64,000 bases of DNA, from NCBI GenBank assembly GCA_965644495.1, contig CBFFSA010000014.1, positions 62,001 to 126,000 on the forward strand, in the 5' to 3' direction. A program made the translations under genes and the position numbers. This document shows positions 11,573 through 23,552 of this stretch, piece by piece (position 1 is the first letter of the stretch; each line of letters begins with the position of its first letter). The notes under the pieces are model-generated. The model saw only the letters and a program-made list of their open reading frames with translations. It made no database searches and was not told the DNA's origin. This DNA comes from Perkinsela sp. CCAP 1560/9 (Eukaryota > Protista > Euglenozoa: Kinetoplastea).

Positions 11573-11599
11573 GTATATTTTAGAGAAGAATTCCCATTT

Positions 11600-11756
11600 T
11601 GTCACTTTTTCGCCTTTCAATCTTACAGACTTCTTAAGGCGTGAGTCAAAACTTAAGACCTATTGTAAACTTAAGACTTGCTGTCGAGACTTACTGTTCT
11701 CACATTTTGAGAAAAACAAGACTACTTTTTGCGTACACATCGGATGAGTGAAGGCC
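11600..11756 (+). repeat. Dispersed repeat, second copy at ~30755-30885
   Basis: Shared cgcctttcaatctta...ggcgtgagtcaaaactta...cggatgagtgaaggc. Confidence 0.7.
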
Positions 11757-11859
11757 ACAGGCAGGTAATCCAACAATTCTGATTACAAATGAGCGTAATA
11801 CTCACACTTCTTTAGATATCCACGTAAAGGAGAAAAGGGGACAAACTGAGCTAACTATA

Positions 11860-12920
11860 TATGAAAAGCGCGAATATGAAAAGCGCGAAATCTGTCTATC
11901 GACTCTCTCGGTAAAAAGAATCCGAGAAAAATACGGAATATCGCGAAGCGGAGTATATGAAATCCGTAGCCACGGTATCAGCTACTTTCAGAAACTCATT
12001 GATCGTTCCATGGGGAACAACCACAGGAATCGTGCTTTCAACGTCCGAGGAGGCGACTACAATGATCCCGAAGCAGTCCACTACAATAAGTCTGAGGCAA
12101 TGGAACGGGTACACGGCTCGTGCGTTCAAGCCTCCTCGTTATGGTGCCCCCTCACCAGAAATAGAGTCATCGACATGATCCGACAAAATACGGGATTGAC
12201 TTCAATAAGTGCTTTGGAAGATACCTGTGCGAAGTTCAGACGGTACTATGGTTGGGTTTGGCGGCGGTGGGGCAGAATACAGTGCTTAGCTCCCGCTGAT
12301 GTGAACTTCCGAATTTCTCGTTGGACTGAAAAGCTCTACGTTCAAAACACTGTTCGTTGCTGTTCGTTCCTGTTTCGCTCTTTTCGGGGATGAAACCGCC
12401 ATGTTCGTCAATGGAGAGGTGCAAGGGTACACACTTGCTCCGATAGGGTGCCCGCAACCTAAAGTAGTGGACACAAATCCAAAGGAAACTGTAACGGCAT
12501 TTCTTGCCGGCGTCTATGATTTCGGGGCCGACGAAGTTTACCCGCTCCACCTTACATTTTTTGAACAGCATCATGATTCACATGCTTCCGCTGATAAGTT
12601 TCTCTGCGGAGATGAAGATTAAATACGCCACAGTGCCATAACAGCAACCAATGACGAATGAATACAGACTCCATTTGGTAAACAATCTCTGTGACTTGCT
12701 TTTTTTAGTTCCTGCCGAGAACACGCTCACACGTAAAAATATCGCAAAAACGTGGCGACCATGCGTTCCCGGTACTCTATCTTATCGTCCTGCCCTCACT
12801 GAAGAGACTCAAGATGAGCAAATAATTGACACCCAAGATTGTTTAGGGCAACTAATGCTTCATGCAGACAATGACCGAAGGGACATAAACGCAGAGGGGT
12901 GGGGTCAGTCCGTAGCGTAA
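11860..12920 (+). pseudogene. pogo/Tigger-like DDE transposase remnant
   Basis: LFGDETAMFVNGEVQGYTLAPIG...KETVTAFLAG (DET motif) preceded by a CENP-B HTH-like KFRRYYGWVWRR; frameshifted. Confidence 0.55.
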
Positions 12921-13251
12921 GCTGATACTTTCGAATTGTAAATTTGGGAAGGACTGTCATTTTATCTTGTGCTAAGTTTACGCCTTTTTTTTCCGTGAGC
13001 TCTTAACGCTTGTCTTGTTTTTCCCCGTCGTGAATGTAATTTCTTTCTTTCCATCCTTAGTTTATTTGTGTGAAACTTTATATGAGTAGGAAACCAAAGC
13101 CTTTTGGGCTCAATTTTTATGTTAGAACACCTATGATTTAACTGAATGGAACCGTTATAGCTACATGGAATATAAGCTGAATGTGAGCATGCATGATTTG
13201 TTTCTTGTTGTTAATTGTTTATTCCTAATTATAGTGTACATCAATAATGTA

Positions 13252-13418
13252 CAGTGGTTTCAAGATGTCTCTTCCCATCATATGAGCACTAGGGGGTCCC
13301 TATGAAAAAAAGGTACCAAAGCGCTTCACTAGGCGAACGAGATCTCTCGTTTGCAACAAAAATGAGCAAAAACGGACAAAAAAACTCAAAATTGAGGGAA
13401 GTTCAATTGAAACCACTG
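13252..13418. mobile_element. Short Tc1-type MITE
   Basis: TIRs cagtggtttcaa / ttgaaaccactg with TA flanks; interior resembles the subterminal region of 43670-44999. Confidence 0.75.
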
Positions 13419-13746
13419 TATATCCTCCATGTGCCCCTTCACCCCTATGAACAAGTGCCCCTTCACCCCTCCTTGACGCCCTCCTCTCCTGCCCTCTTCC
13501 TCTACCATCCTCGCCCGCCCTCCTGGCCATGTATTTTACAGTTTAATTTTTTTTGTCGTGTTATGAGTAAACACGGCGCGGCGAAGCGGCGCCAATTTTT
13601 TTTCATACCTTTTCATCACCCCCCCCCCCCCCCTCCCCCCTTTTTTTATTATTATGGACAAAATCCGAAAAAGTGTCCATAATAAAGTGGGGTTCACAGT
13701 ATGTTATCGTGTAGGGGAGACAAACTCAACCGTTACCTTGCTCAGT

Positions 13747-14545
13747 TTATTTTTTTCCGAGGCGAACATTCGTTTTTTCCACTTGGACGTCCAGTATGTC
13801 AATATCCGGGCCAATCTCACCACAGAGGTCTTCGTTGCTGTGTATCCAGAACTGTCGCATTCCTTTAGGAAGGCTGTCAAACCTTGCTACGCCAGAGAAG
13901 CCATTCTTAGAGACATCGAATACTTGAAGATATGGTGGCAAATTCTGTAACTGAAGAGTTCCGGTAAATTTATTCCCAGATAAGTCTAATTTTAACATGT
14001 AACGCGGAAGGTAAGAAAAGTCTACCCCACCGGAAAGAATGTTCCGAGACACAAAGAGCTCTTTCAGATTGTCCGGCAGATGGGTCAGATCCACACCTTC
14101 TTCAAACTGATTGTGCTGCAGGCGCAGGAAAGCGAGAGTCTTCGGTAAATGCCGTAGATCTAACCCACCATTCAAAAGGTTGTTTTCTGCATTTGAAGTG
14201 CATAAGATGGAATGGCAAGCTAGCAAGATCCAAAGTTCCGGTAAGCCGATTCCCCATCACATTGCAATACTGCACCGTGTGGGGTAGACTGTTCCAGTGC
14301 AACTCTCCACCAAGGCACGTCCCACTACTAGGCCAGTAAATCCGAACAACTTCTCCGTGTTCATTACAATAAATGTTTTTCCAAGTGCACGCCGATACGC
14401 GCTTAACACGCCCGAAGAAAGGTCTTTTAGTCGTACGCCACGAGGCATGCTTTACGGTTATGTTTGAAATAAAATGCTCAAGCATATCTTCTTGGGACAG
14501 CAACATTGAGGACACCTTCCCACGACGATCAGAGCCATCATCCAT
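13747..14545 (-). pseudogene. LRR gene with a frameshift near 14195
   Basis: Cap in ORF 14102-14554 (RRGKV..SACTWKNIYC) continues as LRRs in a different frame (13747-14226). Confidence 0.8.
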
Positions 14546-14839
14546 ACCGTGCAAGCTTTTCTATTCGCTTTTAAAAAAGGTAATTTTAGCCCTATGTCAC
14601 ATTCTGTGCCCCCAAAAACAGAAAACTTTGGCAAAACACTTTTCTATGGGACATAAGAGGACTGAAACTAGAGATTTACGATCCCGGCCGATCCCACCGG
14701 TCCTGGTTGAATTTACGTGGAAGAAAAGACTTGGTGAAAACGCGAGGTCTAGAAATTCGGCGAAAGAAATAGCGACTGTTGTTTTACGGAAACTCATTCA
14801 ATTGGTAAAAATCAAAAACAATGTTCATATGAAGGTAGG

Positions 14840-14995
14840 AGAAACTAAAGGCCCCCTAAGTCTCCTGATCTCAACCCCATCGAAAATATTTGGGGACAAA
14901 TTGAATCACACAAAAATACTAAATGTCCCAAAAATAGGGGGGAATTTGCGTGATGCAATACATTCAGGGATTGAATTGTTGAAAATATTTTGTTG
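14840..14995 (+). pseudogene. Tc1-like transposase C-terminal fragment
   Basis: PPKSPDLNPIENIWGQIE motif. Confidence 0.65.
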
Positions 14996-15120
14996 AAGGA
15001 CTTTCCCCCCCTCTAAAAGCCCGTACAGTTCTGTTTAACAAGTAAATTACTACTTAACAAGCAAGGTTGATACGAGCAAAGTTGTACATACGATCATTGT
15101 CGTTTTAGTATCGTTCTCCA

Positions 15121-15230
15121 TTTTTTTTAGGCTCTTCGTTAAACGCGGCAGTAGTTCTCAAGGCGAAGCGCGCAGCAGTGGTGTCATCTAAGTTGAAAAC
15201 AACCACTACTTTCAACGAAGAGCCTAAAAA
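15121..15230 (-). mobile_element. Solo 5' hairpin of family A
   Basis: taggctcttcgttaaacgcgg...caacgaagagccta palindrome. Confidence 0.75.
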
Positions 15231-15474
15231 AGAATAAAAAGTGGTAGAAAAAAGGTCAAAGTAGTAAAAAATACAGTATCTTAAGAAGCTACTCAAGCGC
15301 CGATCCCGCCCGATCCCGCCTGATAAGTGACAGTGTCCTCCAGGTTTCAGCCCTCTAAATCTCCCAAATGCAACAAAAATGAGTAAAAGCGAATAAAAAA
15401 GCTTTGCTAAATTTAAAATTTTCTAAGTAGAAGATTAGTACATCGAATAAAGTGCGCAGTGCGTAATATTTGTT

Positions 15475-16386
15475 TTACGGTTTCTGTGGACCTCTGAAAT
15501 CAAATCTAGGTAATTTATACCGTGTAGAAGGATTTTTTCGCCTCTCTCCGTCTTTGATCATTACTATATTCGTTCCTGAAGTGTCAATTCTTGTAATCGG
15601 TGAAGTTTTCCTTAGTGATTCCGGTAGTTCGAGATACGTAACTTCTCCAATAAGATTTAAGTTGTTGCTCACCCATAAATATTCTAAGCACTGCGGAAGC
15701 ATGTCAAAAGACACCAAACCTGAAAAGCAGTTATGGTCCAAAAACAGGCGTTCTAGTAACTGAGGCAAGTGCGTTAAATTTAAGGGACCATTTAACTCAT
15801 TGTCAGATAACTTAAGATAAACCATGTTCAATGGCAAATCCGTGAGACTTATGCCTCCAGAAAAAGTATTTTCAGCAATGGATAAGCGTTCCAATTCTTT
15901 GGGCAAACAGCTGAGGTTTATGTCTCCTACAAATTGATTATCATCAAGAATCACCTTTCGCGAATTCACGGGGAGATCCTGCAACTCAACTTTTCCCCTT
16001 AGACAGTTAGAATCCGTATCTAGCTGTATCAGAAGGGGTGGTAACGTGAGAAGTGGTAGCCCACCTGTAAGTCTATTGAGTCTCACGTTTAGGAACTTTA
16101 AAGAACGAGGGAGCATTTCCCAATTAAGAGCCCCTGAAAAACTTTGTGAAGGCATGTGTATGCCAGTGACACGTTTTTCCAGATCGCAGTGTACCCCTTT
16201 CCACTGACACACGGGCGTGAGTGTATTCCAATCGGGCGGTACAACATCGAGTTCTTTGATGAGCTGCATCAGCTCATATTCCGGTGGTAGATTAGCTCCC
16301 CGAACCTTGCTCGGTAGTCTGCGCATCGCAGTGGCGTTGGTGTCGTCGGCAGCGCGGAACACAAAGGCTTCTATGATGTGCATCAT
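15475..16386 (-). CDS. Leucine-rich repeat protein
   Basis: KVRGANLPPEYEL..W...PVCQWKGVHC cap, about 7 LRRs; first ATG at 16386. Confidence 0.9.
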   Translation of the reverse strand: MMHIIEAFVFRAADDTNATAMRRLPSKVRGANLPPEYELMQLIKELDVVPPDWNTLTPVCQWKGVHCDLEKRVTGIHMPSQSFSGALNWEMLPRSLKFLNVRLNRLTGGLPLLTLPPLLIQLDTDSNCLRGKVELQDLPVNSRKVILDDNQFVGDINLSCLPKELERLSIAENTFSGGISLTDLPLNMVYLKLSDNELNGPLNLTHLPQLLERLFLDHNCFSGLVSFDMLPQCLEYLWVSNNLNLIGEVTYLELPESLRKTSPITRIDTSGTNIVMIKDGERRKNPSTRYKLPRFDFRGPQKP

Positions 16387-16646
16387 AAGTTCACACGGAT
16401 TATTTAAATATTTTGACAGGAGACGAAAAAGAAAAAAATACACTGCTTTGTAGTGCTTATGCTAATTCAACGTACTAAATGCCGTAAATCCTACACTGCG
16501 GTGTATTTACGCTCCACCACAACCATGAAGAAAACACTATAGAAAACTACGATTGCAAGAAATGTTTGTTTCTTTTCTCTGAGTCTCTATAACCCATTGA
16601 TACGTGTTGCCCCCCCTCTCCTCCTCTCCCCGAAAAAACAAGAACC

Positions 16647-17987
16647 CTACCCCCTCTTCGTCGGTACCTCTTCCGACAAACCACCACTCTCCTCCCCACC
16701 CCCTCCTTGCGGTACCGCAAACACCCTATAGGGTTTATAAAAATCCCGAAACGGGAACGGGGTAGCAAAGGCACCCACTCTTTTCCCGTTATTGTTATTA
16801 TCGCTGTGTTGTGCGCTCTCCGGGTTCCCGCTGTCCCCTCCCCCCGTGCCCCCTGGCTCCCGGAGCACCACCTCCGTGACGTGCATCATGACACGGGGGT
16901 GGCACAACAGGGGGACACGGAACACACTGTGGAGCATCCGGTCCAGGTGGGGGGGTAGGGCCCCCTTGTAGGGGTGGGTGCGTATCTCCACACACAGCAC
17001 CTCCCGGGGAAACGTGAAGGAGAGGGAGGGGGAGGTGGGAGAGGAGAAGTAACCATCCCCGAAGTGAGGAGAGTAAGGGGACGCCGGAGAGGTCGTGTTT
17101 CCTTCTGTGTTAGGAGAACAAGAGGACTCCGAAGAGATCTTGTCTCTTTTTGTATTAGGAGAACAAGAGGACTCCGGAGAGGTCTTGTTTCCTTCTGTAT
17201 TAGGAGAATAAGAGGACTCCAGAGAGGCCTCGTTTTGATGAGGAGAAGAAGAGGACTCCGGAGAGGTATTAATTTTATTATTACTGTTGTTGTAGTAATA
17301 ATTTTCATTGTGATAAAGATAAACATTGTGATTGTACTGTACATTCTGGTTGTCATTGTTGTTTTTGTGTTGTATGTAGGTGAGAGGTGTTCCCTCGCCC
17401 ATGCTATGGGCTCGCACAAGGGAGAGCCCTGCGGGGCTGAATATTTGTTGCCACGAGCGAAGAGTGTCGTGGAAACGGGGAAGGTATGGAAGAAGGGCAT
17501 GGAGGGTAAGTCGGGGTGGGGGTGAGGAAATAGGTGAGAAATGTTGAAAGTTTGCATCGGAAACCAAACGGGGGAAGGCAGACGGGTCGCTGCTTTTCAG
17601 ATCCATACTGGAGGATGGGGTCACGGTGCAGGAGATGACGCCACTGAGCGAGTAAGGGATTTCATAATCCACGTGGGCCAGCAGAGCGGTACCTTGTGTG
17701 GGAGACCGACGTGAGAGCTCTTGTTCGATAAAGTGTACCATTGAGGGACGTAACGGAGGGTAGACGCTATGATGACGGTTACATAGAATGGGTTTTACGA
17801 AAGCCCAGTGAGGGGGATCCCAGGAAAGGGTACGATAACACTGTGAGCAGCTCAGAAAAGGAATTAAAGTGGAAGGAGGTAGAACTGTGTGGGCGACACG
17901 GAGACGTTTCATTTGTTCTACGCAAAGCTGTGTTTTTGTCTCGGATTGCTTTTTGAGAACATCTTGAAGGGCACGTGGAGGTTTCAT
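16647..17987 (-). CDS. Hypothetical protein with Asn-rich segment and 15-aa tandem repeats
   Basis: 446-aa ORF; 45-bp repeats at ~17060-17265 (SPESSCSPNT...). Confidence 0.7.
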   Translation of the reverse strand: MKPPRALQDVLKKQSETKTQLCVEQMKRLRVAHTVLPPSTLIPFLSCSQCYRTLSWDPPHWAFVKPILCNRHHSVYPPLRPSMVHFIEQELSRRSPTQGTALLAHVDYEIPYSLSGVISCTVTPSSSMDLKSSDPSAFPRLVSDANFQHFSPISSPPPRLTLHALLPYLPRFHDTLRSWQQIFSPAGLSLVRAHSMGEGTPLTYIQHKNNNDNQNVQYNHNVYLYHNENYYYNNSNNKINTSPESSSSPHQNEASLESSYSPNTEGNKTSPESSCSPNTKRDKISSESSCSPNTEGNTTSPASPYSPHFGDGYFSSPTSPSLSFTFPREVLCVEIRTHPYKGALPPHLDRMLHSVFRVPLLCHPRVMMHVTEVVLREPGGTGGGDSGNPESAQHSDNNNNGKRVGAFATPFPFRDFYKPYRVFAVPQGGGGEESGGLSEEVPTKRG

Positions 17988-18737
17988 TCGTGAGTTTGTA
18001 AGTATAGTTTAAGATATAAATATTTATTGCAGGGTTTGCACAAACTATTAAACTATCAATATACAATGAAGTACTATATACACTGCCGACTAATATTACT
18101 GTGCCCCGGCACTTATAGTGCCGCGGGGTACCCCCCCACTTATAGTGCCGTTTCGAAAAAAAATGTCCGAGAAAAAATGACCAAATTTTTTGACCAAAAA
18201 GTAGAGCAAATACGGTGTAAATTTCTAATATATTCGTGTATGGAAATAATTGAAACTTTATTATTAGTTCCCTTCATCAGTTGGACACTATGAAGATTTA
18301 GATGGCAGCGGATGACACTGGGTGGCAATTTCGTAATGGTTTACCCAAACTAAAATTTGTGGAACGGTTTGCGCACATCTGAAAAAAAGTAAGGATGTAA
18401 TCGAGAGAATCATTTTCTGCAACTTCCGTGCTTACATCGCCTCCAACAAATACTAAATGCAGAGTCACGAACTTTGCCACCCTCGTGATGGTGAGGACAT
18501 TTCTCTTCGGTCACGCGCCATGCTTCCAAAATCTTCAAAAGTTTTTCGTATGTCATCATCATGCTTCCAGTTTAGGAACTGTATTATTAAAAGCTGTATT
18601 ATTAGGAACTGTAGTATTAAAAGCAACGGTGCTTCTTTTTTTCAATCACGCATCAATCGCGGCCTCAAAGGAAGAAAGCGCCAGAGAAGCTTTAACAAAG
18701 AGAGAAAGGCAATTTTAAGAAAAGTGCACCTTAAATA

Positions 18738-21700
18738 CATAGCTGTCATTCGACGTCGAAAATTGCAATTCGACGTCTTCGAATGTCTTTCGACGTCGAA
18801 AAAATGGGTCTTTCGACGTCGAACGAAGGAAAAAAAATGGGGGATTCTTGTGTTTATGTGCAGCACTTGAAAAAATGTTTCGATCGACGGATTCTTTTCA
18901 CTACAGTAATTTGCTATGGTATTCGGACGAATAGATGACTACCAGAGAATAAGAAAGTAGCAACGTATGGTTGTCGTCAGGTTGTTCGTCAGACCGCTAG
19001 GAAGTTCTAACCGTGTTAAATGCGTCACCTTTTATTTGAAACATGTTCAAATACGTAATTAATGAAGTTTAATAAAAAGATACGGAAAATTATGACTGTA
19101 CTAGTCATTATCATAGTATAAGCTTATGACGTTTACTGTTGCCGTATAGCTAAGCACAAAATATCTCGCGTTGCAATAATACAAGAAAAATTTAAGTGTG
19201 AGGAAAAAATTTAGCCTTAATGGTCCTGAAGTATGAGACAAAACATGGAAAAAACCCCAGAAAATATCAGTTTCCGAACAATACATGAAACATCCATACA
19301 TAAATAATTATACAGTAATACAATATAACAATATTATAATGGGTTATGAATTTATGACGTATCAGAAAAAAAGCAGACTCGCATCAGGAGCCATTAAGTA
19401 ATTCGGAAGCTTGAAAGAAGTTACACCGAATCCCCATTTCCCGCTGATCCTAACTGTTCCAAATTGTCAAGATACCCGAGTTTGTCGTAGTTCCCCCGTA
19501 ACAGCATAGAGTTTTGTACTGTTTGAGTGCCCATGGATGATTGACGGGAGTTGTACTTGGTGTTCATAACCGACATCCAAGAATCACATTTCGTCACTAA
19601 AGGGGGTACCCATAAATAATGTATCGCCGCTTGATGTATACCTGGGTATTTGTAGACTCCAACTGTTTGCCACCAATGCAATTCGCACTTGTGCACTCGC
19701 GAATCCCATTCGTAGTCGACGCAATTCACATATTCATTCCATTCATTTTCCGTAATTTGAAAAATGGGAGAACCGCCTCGAAAAAGGTCGTTAGCACGAC
19801 TGAAATGAATTGGTTCGAGACCGGCTTTCCGGGCGCGTAGTGCAATGAAATCCGGTGCAAACCACATGACGTCTTCCCAATATTTCATATTGTGATGAAC
19901 TGAAAGTCGATTTATGTGATGCTTGAGGGCACATTCAAAAGCTTCACTGCAGCTTCCCACCCGACTAGCCTTCCGTAATCTTTCTAAAGTTGGCCAAACT
20001 CCCGTTGCTAAAGGCGTACCGTCTAAATCCGAAAATTTTTGTAACGCTTTCTGGATAGGAGCTAGTTCTTCGAGAAAATATTTTGCGGAAGTCGCCAGGT
20101 TATCTACCCCTTCCCGAGCAATAAGATCCGCACACTTACGTACAGACTGACAAACTCGGGGGTTTTCCAGTTCTTGCTTCAGGAACGCGACAACAGTAGG
20201 TAACTGAGTAGAAAAGAAGGAAATGCTGCTGAACTTATCATGGCACCAGCGAGTAACTCCCCCTAACTTAGGAGCCGTAATGCCGTGTACATCCTTTGCT
20301 CTACGAACAGCTTCAATTACTTGAGGTCCATACAATGAAAGTGCGTCACGACAGCGAGGAATATTTTCATGCTGAGCGTTCAGTTCCGCCAAAATTATAT
20401 CAGCTTCATCGGGCGCATATTGTTTCAAAATTTGTACGCTGCTGCGAAGCTGACACACCAGCTCTGTCTGATATTCATCGTCCAGTTTATTGCTAGACAG
20501 CCCCCCATACCATTGAGTGAAAAATTGTTCCGCTTTGTTAGTTTCTTCGTCGAAAGATCCAAGAAGAACGTCTAGGGCCACACCACGATACCGCCCCTTC
20601 TTCGTACAGATCTTGTCATGTCCATAAAATGTTTGTCTGAAGAGCTTTTTAAGTTCAAAAAGGGGTGTTTCCTGAAAGGGTTTCATCGCATCCATCGCGA
20701 GGTTATTGAGAAAATGACCAAAGCAAGATAGTAAGGAGACGTGTGGCATCATGTCCACGGCCCGGTTTCCGAAGTTTATCCAGTCCGACTCCCCAATTCT
20801 TTGAACGCGATCATATATTCTTTTTAATTCTCCTTCTGCCTCATCACGGGCCACGTGGTTAACGGCACAGCCATCCACCATTAAAAACCTCATTTTTCGT
20901 ACCAGCGTAATGCCGAGAATAGAATTCAATGTATTAACCAAACTCTCAGCTGTTTCTTTGCCGTTGAATGCCTTCCGCTTCGGATGATACATGGGTGGTA
21001 ATAGATATTGCTCATCTGAAACATACACCACCCCTACTAATACGTGCTCGTTGAGCACGGAATCAACCCCAGCATCCACAGCTACCCCGAAGAAAGGATG
21101 AATATCGATTTTTGAAATCATTTTTTCCCATATTTCGTTGGCCAAGTCCTTCTCCCAATCACGCATGACCCTGTGATTGTTGCCGAGTGCATTGAGAATT
21201 TCTTCAGTATTTGCTCGCTTGGGGCGTAATTCTTCATAGTTACGAAGTAAAGCGTGTGCAGCTTTGCATGACAAGTTCGTCTTTGCCACAAGACAGGGAA
21301 CGCAGCGACGAACAAAAACATTTACACTCATTGAATTGTCGTTCGGGGTCAGTGAAAAAAGTTCCGGTTCGTTTGCGATTCTCTGTCCCTCGCGCACTAA
21401 ACAAGTGTGATTGATATGGTGATAGTAATGGTTGTTATGGAGCGAATGACTCCACCACGGACAGTCGCGACACTTTATGTGAGTCCGCTGGCCCAAGGTA
21501 TTCACGAGATGGGGCCGAGGATATTTCTCGGCGTATTCGCGACACTCTTTGTTTTTCTTCTCCAAATCTTTCGTTCTACCAGGCGGGGTATCCATTCCCA
21601 AGCAGCGTTCACGAAAGAATTTTGTCGAAATACGGGGAAACCGCATTGGGTCCTGTACAAGCTGTTTTCGAACTACTTGCCTTACAGAGCTTGCCTGTTG

Positions 21701-22227
21701 TGATGGAGAGGACGACATTTCCTCTTCAAGCCTCGCGGTACACTCTCGTCGTACTGAGACAGGAACATAACTCCCTGACGGAACGTTATCGGAAATTTCA
21801 AATCTGCTCTGGGTAGGACCATCTGCTGCTTCCGTGGAAGCATCTCGCTGCATGGCAGTTCTATTCTTCTTCGCCGAATTGGTTCTCTTGGCACGAACCG
21901 AAGTAACTGAAGGAGTAGTAGATGAAACAAATTCGGAAGAATTTGCTTCAGCTAAAGTTGGCACGATTGCATCTGATGAAAGAGCTGGGGGAGAAGGTAT
22001 GCGGATAGGAATCATGCGCCCTCTTCCTCGAACAGAGGTGTGCATTGTGAAAAAAGAAGTAAATTAACACAAAAAAGTAGAAGACTGGTTGCAAATACAT
22101 TTTTTAAACATTTTATAAACATATATTCTGTTGAAAAAAATTCTTTCAGAAACCACACAAGCACTCAAAATGTTTCGACCTTTCGACCGTCGAACGACGT
22201 CGAATTCGACGTCGAATGACAGCTATT
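18738..22227 (-). mobile_element. Apparently intact hAT-like DNA transposon (CATA ends)
   Basis: 22-bp perfect TIR atagctgtcattcgacgtcgaa, subterminal ttcgacgtcgaa palindromes, single long ORF. Confidence 0.88.
19421..22045 (-). CDS. hAT-like transposase, 874 aa (zinc finger, D-D-CxxH-RW, C-terminal dimerisation-like domain)
   Basis: CRDC..H..H finger, VAVDAG, MVDGCAVN, SCFGH, GGVTRW, WW..YPGIHQAA..LWVPPLVTKCDSWMS. Confidence 0.85.
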   Translation of the reverse strand: MHTSVRGRGRMIPIRIPSPPALSSDAIVPTLAEANSSEFVSSTTPSVTSVRAKRTNSAKKNRTAMQRDASTEAADGPTQSRFEISDNVPSGSYVPVSVRRECTARLEEEMSSSPSQQASSVRQVVRKQLVQDPMRFPRISTKFFRERCLGMDTPPGRTKDLEKKNKECREYAEKYPRPHLVNTLGQRTHIKCRDCPWWSHSLHNNHYYHHINHTCLVREGQRIANEPELFSLTPNDNSMSVNVFVRRCVPCLVAKTNLSCKAAHALLRNYEELRPKRANTEEILNALGNNHRVMRDWEKDLANEIWEKMISKIDIHPFFGVAVDAGVDSVLNEHVLVGVVYVSDEQYLLPPMYHPKRKAFNGKETAESLVNTLNSILGITLVRKMRFLMVDGCAVNHVARDEAEGELKRIYDRVQRIGESDWINFGNRAVDMMPHVSLLSCFGHFLNNLAMDAMKPFQETPLFELKKLFRQTFYGHDKICTKKGRYRGVALDVLLGSFDEETNKAEQFFTQWYGGLSSNKLDDEYQTELVCQLRSSVQILKQYAPDEADIILAELNAQHENIPRCRDALSLYGPQVIEAVRRAKDVHGITAPKLGGVTRWCHDKFSSISFFSTQLPTVVAFLKQELENPRVCQSVRKCADLIAREGVDNLATSAKYFLEELAPIQKALQKFSDLDGTPLATGVWPTLERLRKASRVGSCSEAFECALKHHINRLSVHHNMKYWEDVMWFAPDFIALRARKAGLEPIHFSRANDLFRGGSPIFQITENEWNEYVNCVDYEWDSRVHKCELHWWQTVGVYKYPGIHQAAIHYLWVPPLVTKCDSWMSVMNTKYNSRQSSMGTQTVQNSMLLRGNYDKLGYLDNLEQLGSAGNGDSV

Positions 22228-23552
22228 TAAAATAGCTCCAAAAAATTAATGGTAAGCGTGCAGTGACGAAGGTATTCGTCTTTTTCGTTATGGAAACATG
22301 CGGAATACAGCTCGCCATTTCGAAATTTGTTGACGAATTAATATTTCACAAATCTATATTTTTGGGTATCCTTATATCACATTTTTTTACGACCACTATA
22401 CCCCATACCCATCAGTGGAGTAGAAACATTTACCGCTCTTAGGCACTCAAAACTACATGATAGAAAGAATTGCGCCGCGAAGCGGCGCGCTCTTTTTTGG
22501 GGGGAAGAAAATTTTCACCCTCGACCTGAAACATACTACCCCCCCCACTTATAGTGCCGTTTGGTCGAAAACTGCGGCACTATAAGTGGGGGGGCACAGT
22601 ATTGAGTTTTAATTATTAGCGAAGCTCTGCAACTTTTAATTAAAAAATCAATAATATTTGTGCCAATAATTTTTGTAGAAATTTGTGCATATCGACAAAC
22701 AATAGAAGTTGTTGGTAGAGGGGCGGAAAAACCCAAAATTAGGTCAAAAGGGTTTTTTTGCTCCCAAAAAGATTCAAGAATTTTTACGGGGAAGAAAGTT
22801 GCTTATCACCAAAAAATTATTATCCTTCGGAATTACAAGTGTCCCTAGGTATAACCCGGACGGTGGTTTGCATCTCTCTAATCTTGTCAAATGCGTTGCG
22901 AAGGGCAGGTTATTAAGTGGTCATTAAATGATGGGATGCGGGTGTGATCTCGTATGATCTCACGACCAGGTGTTGACATAAAGCCAATCTCGATCATCCT
23001 GCGTCAAATCTTCTCATAAAATTTGAATTTTTGTGTAAAATCTATAGCACTCTTCTCTAAAACGTGGTTGCCAAGATCAGACCTCATGAGAAATTCAAAA
23101 ATTGACAAAAAAGATAAAAAAAATGTTTCTCGCCAAAAATTGACAACTTTTAATTAAAAAAACAATAATTTTTGTGGCATGAATTTTAGCGATAATAATT
23201 TTTGGCTTGGGTGTAATTACTATAAACGTTTTTCAAAAACTATAAAAAACTATTTTTCTCTGTATTTCAAGGCGCTTTTAAGCCCTTGGACGCGCCCTAT
23301 TTACATGAAAATGTATTTTAATCCCTTTTTTCTTCATTTTAGAACCGAAAGAGATGCCCGAAACGAAACTGACGAGGAGAAATTTCTGTAAAGACTATTT
23401 TAATGAAGTACCGCGCACGGGAGGACAGAAACCAGTGGTGGAATGCAACCTGTGTGAGGAGGGAAGTAAGAAGCGGATTTTGGTTCCAAGAGGACTATCG
23501 ACAGATTATCGTTCCGCAGAGAAGCACTTAGTGAAACACGACAAAAAATATG

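Larger units (their letters stand above)
18099..22599. mobile_element. TA-flanked TIR element hosting the hAT-like transposon
   Basis: TIRs ctgtgccccggcacttatagtgccg / cggcactataagtggg..gcacag; TA at 18097-98 and 22600-01. Confidence 0.8.
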
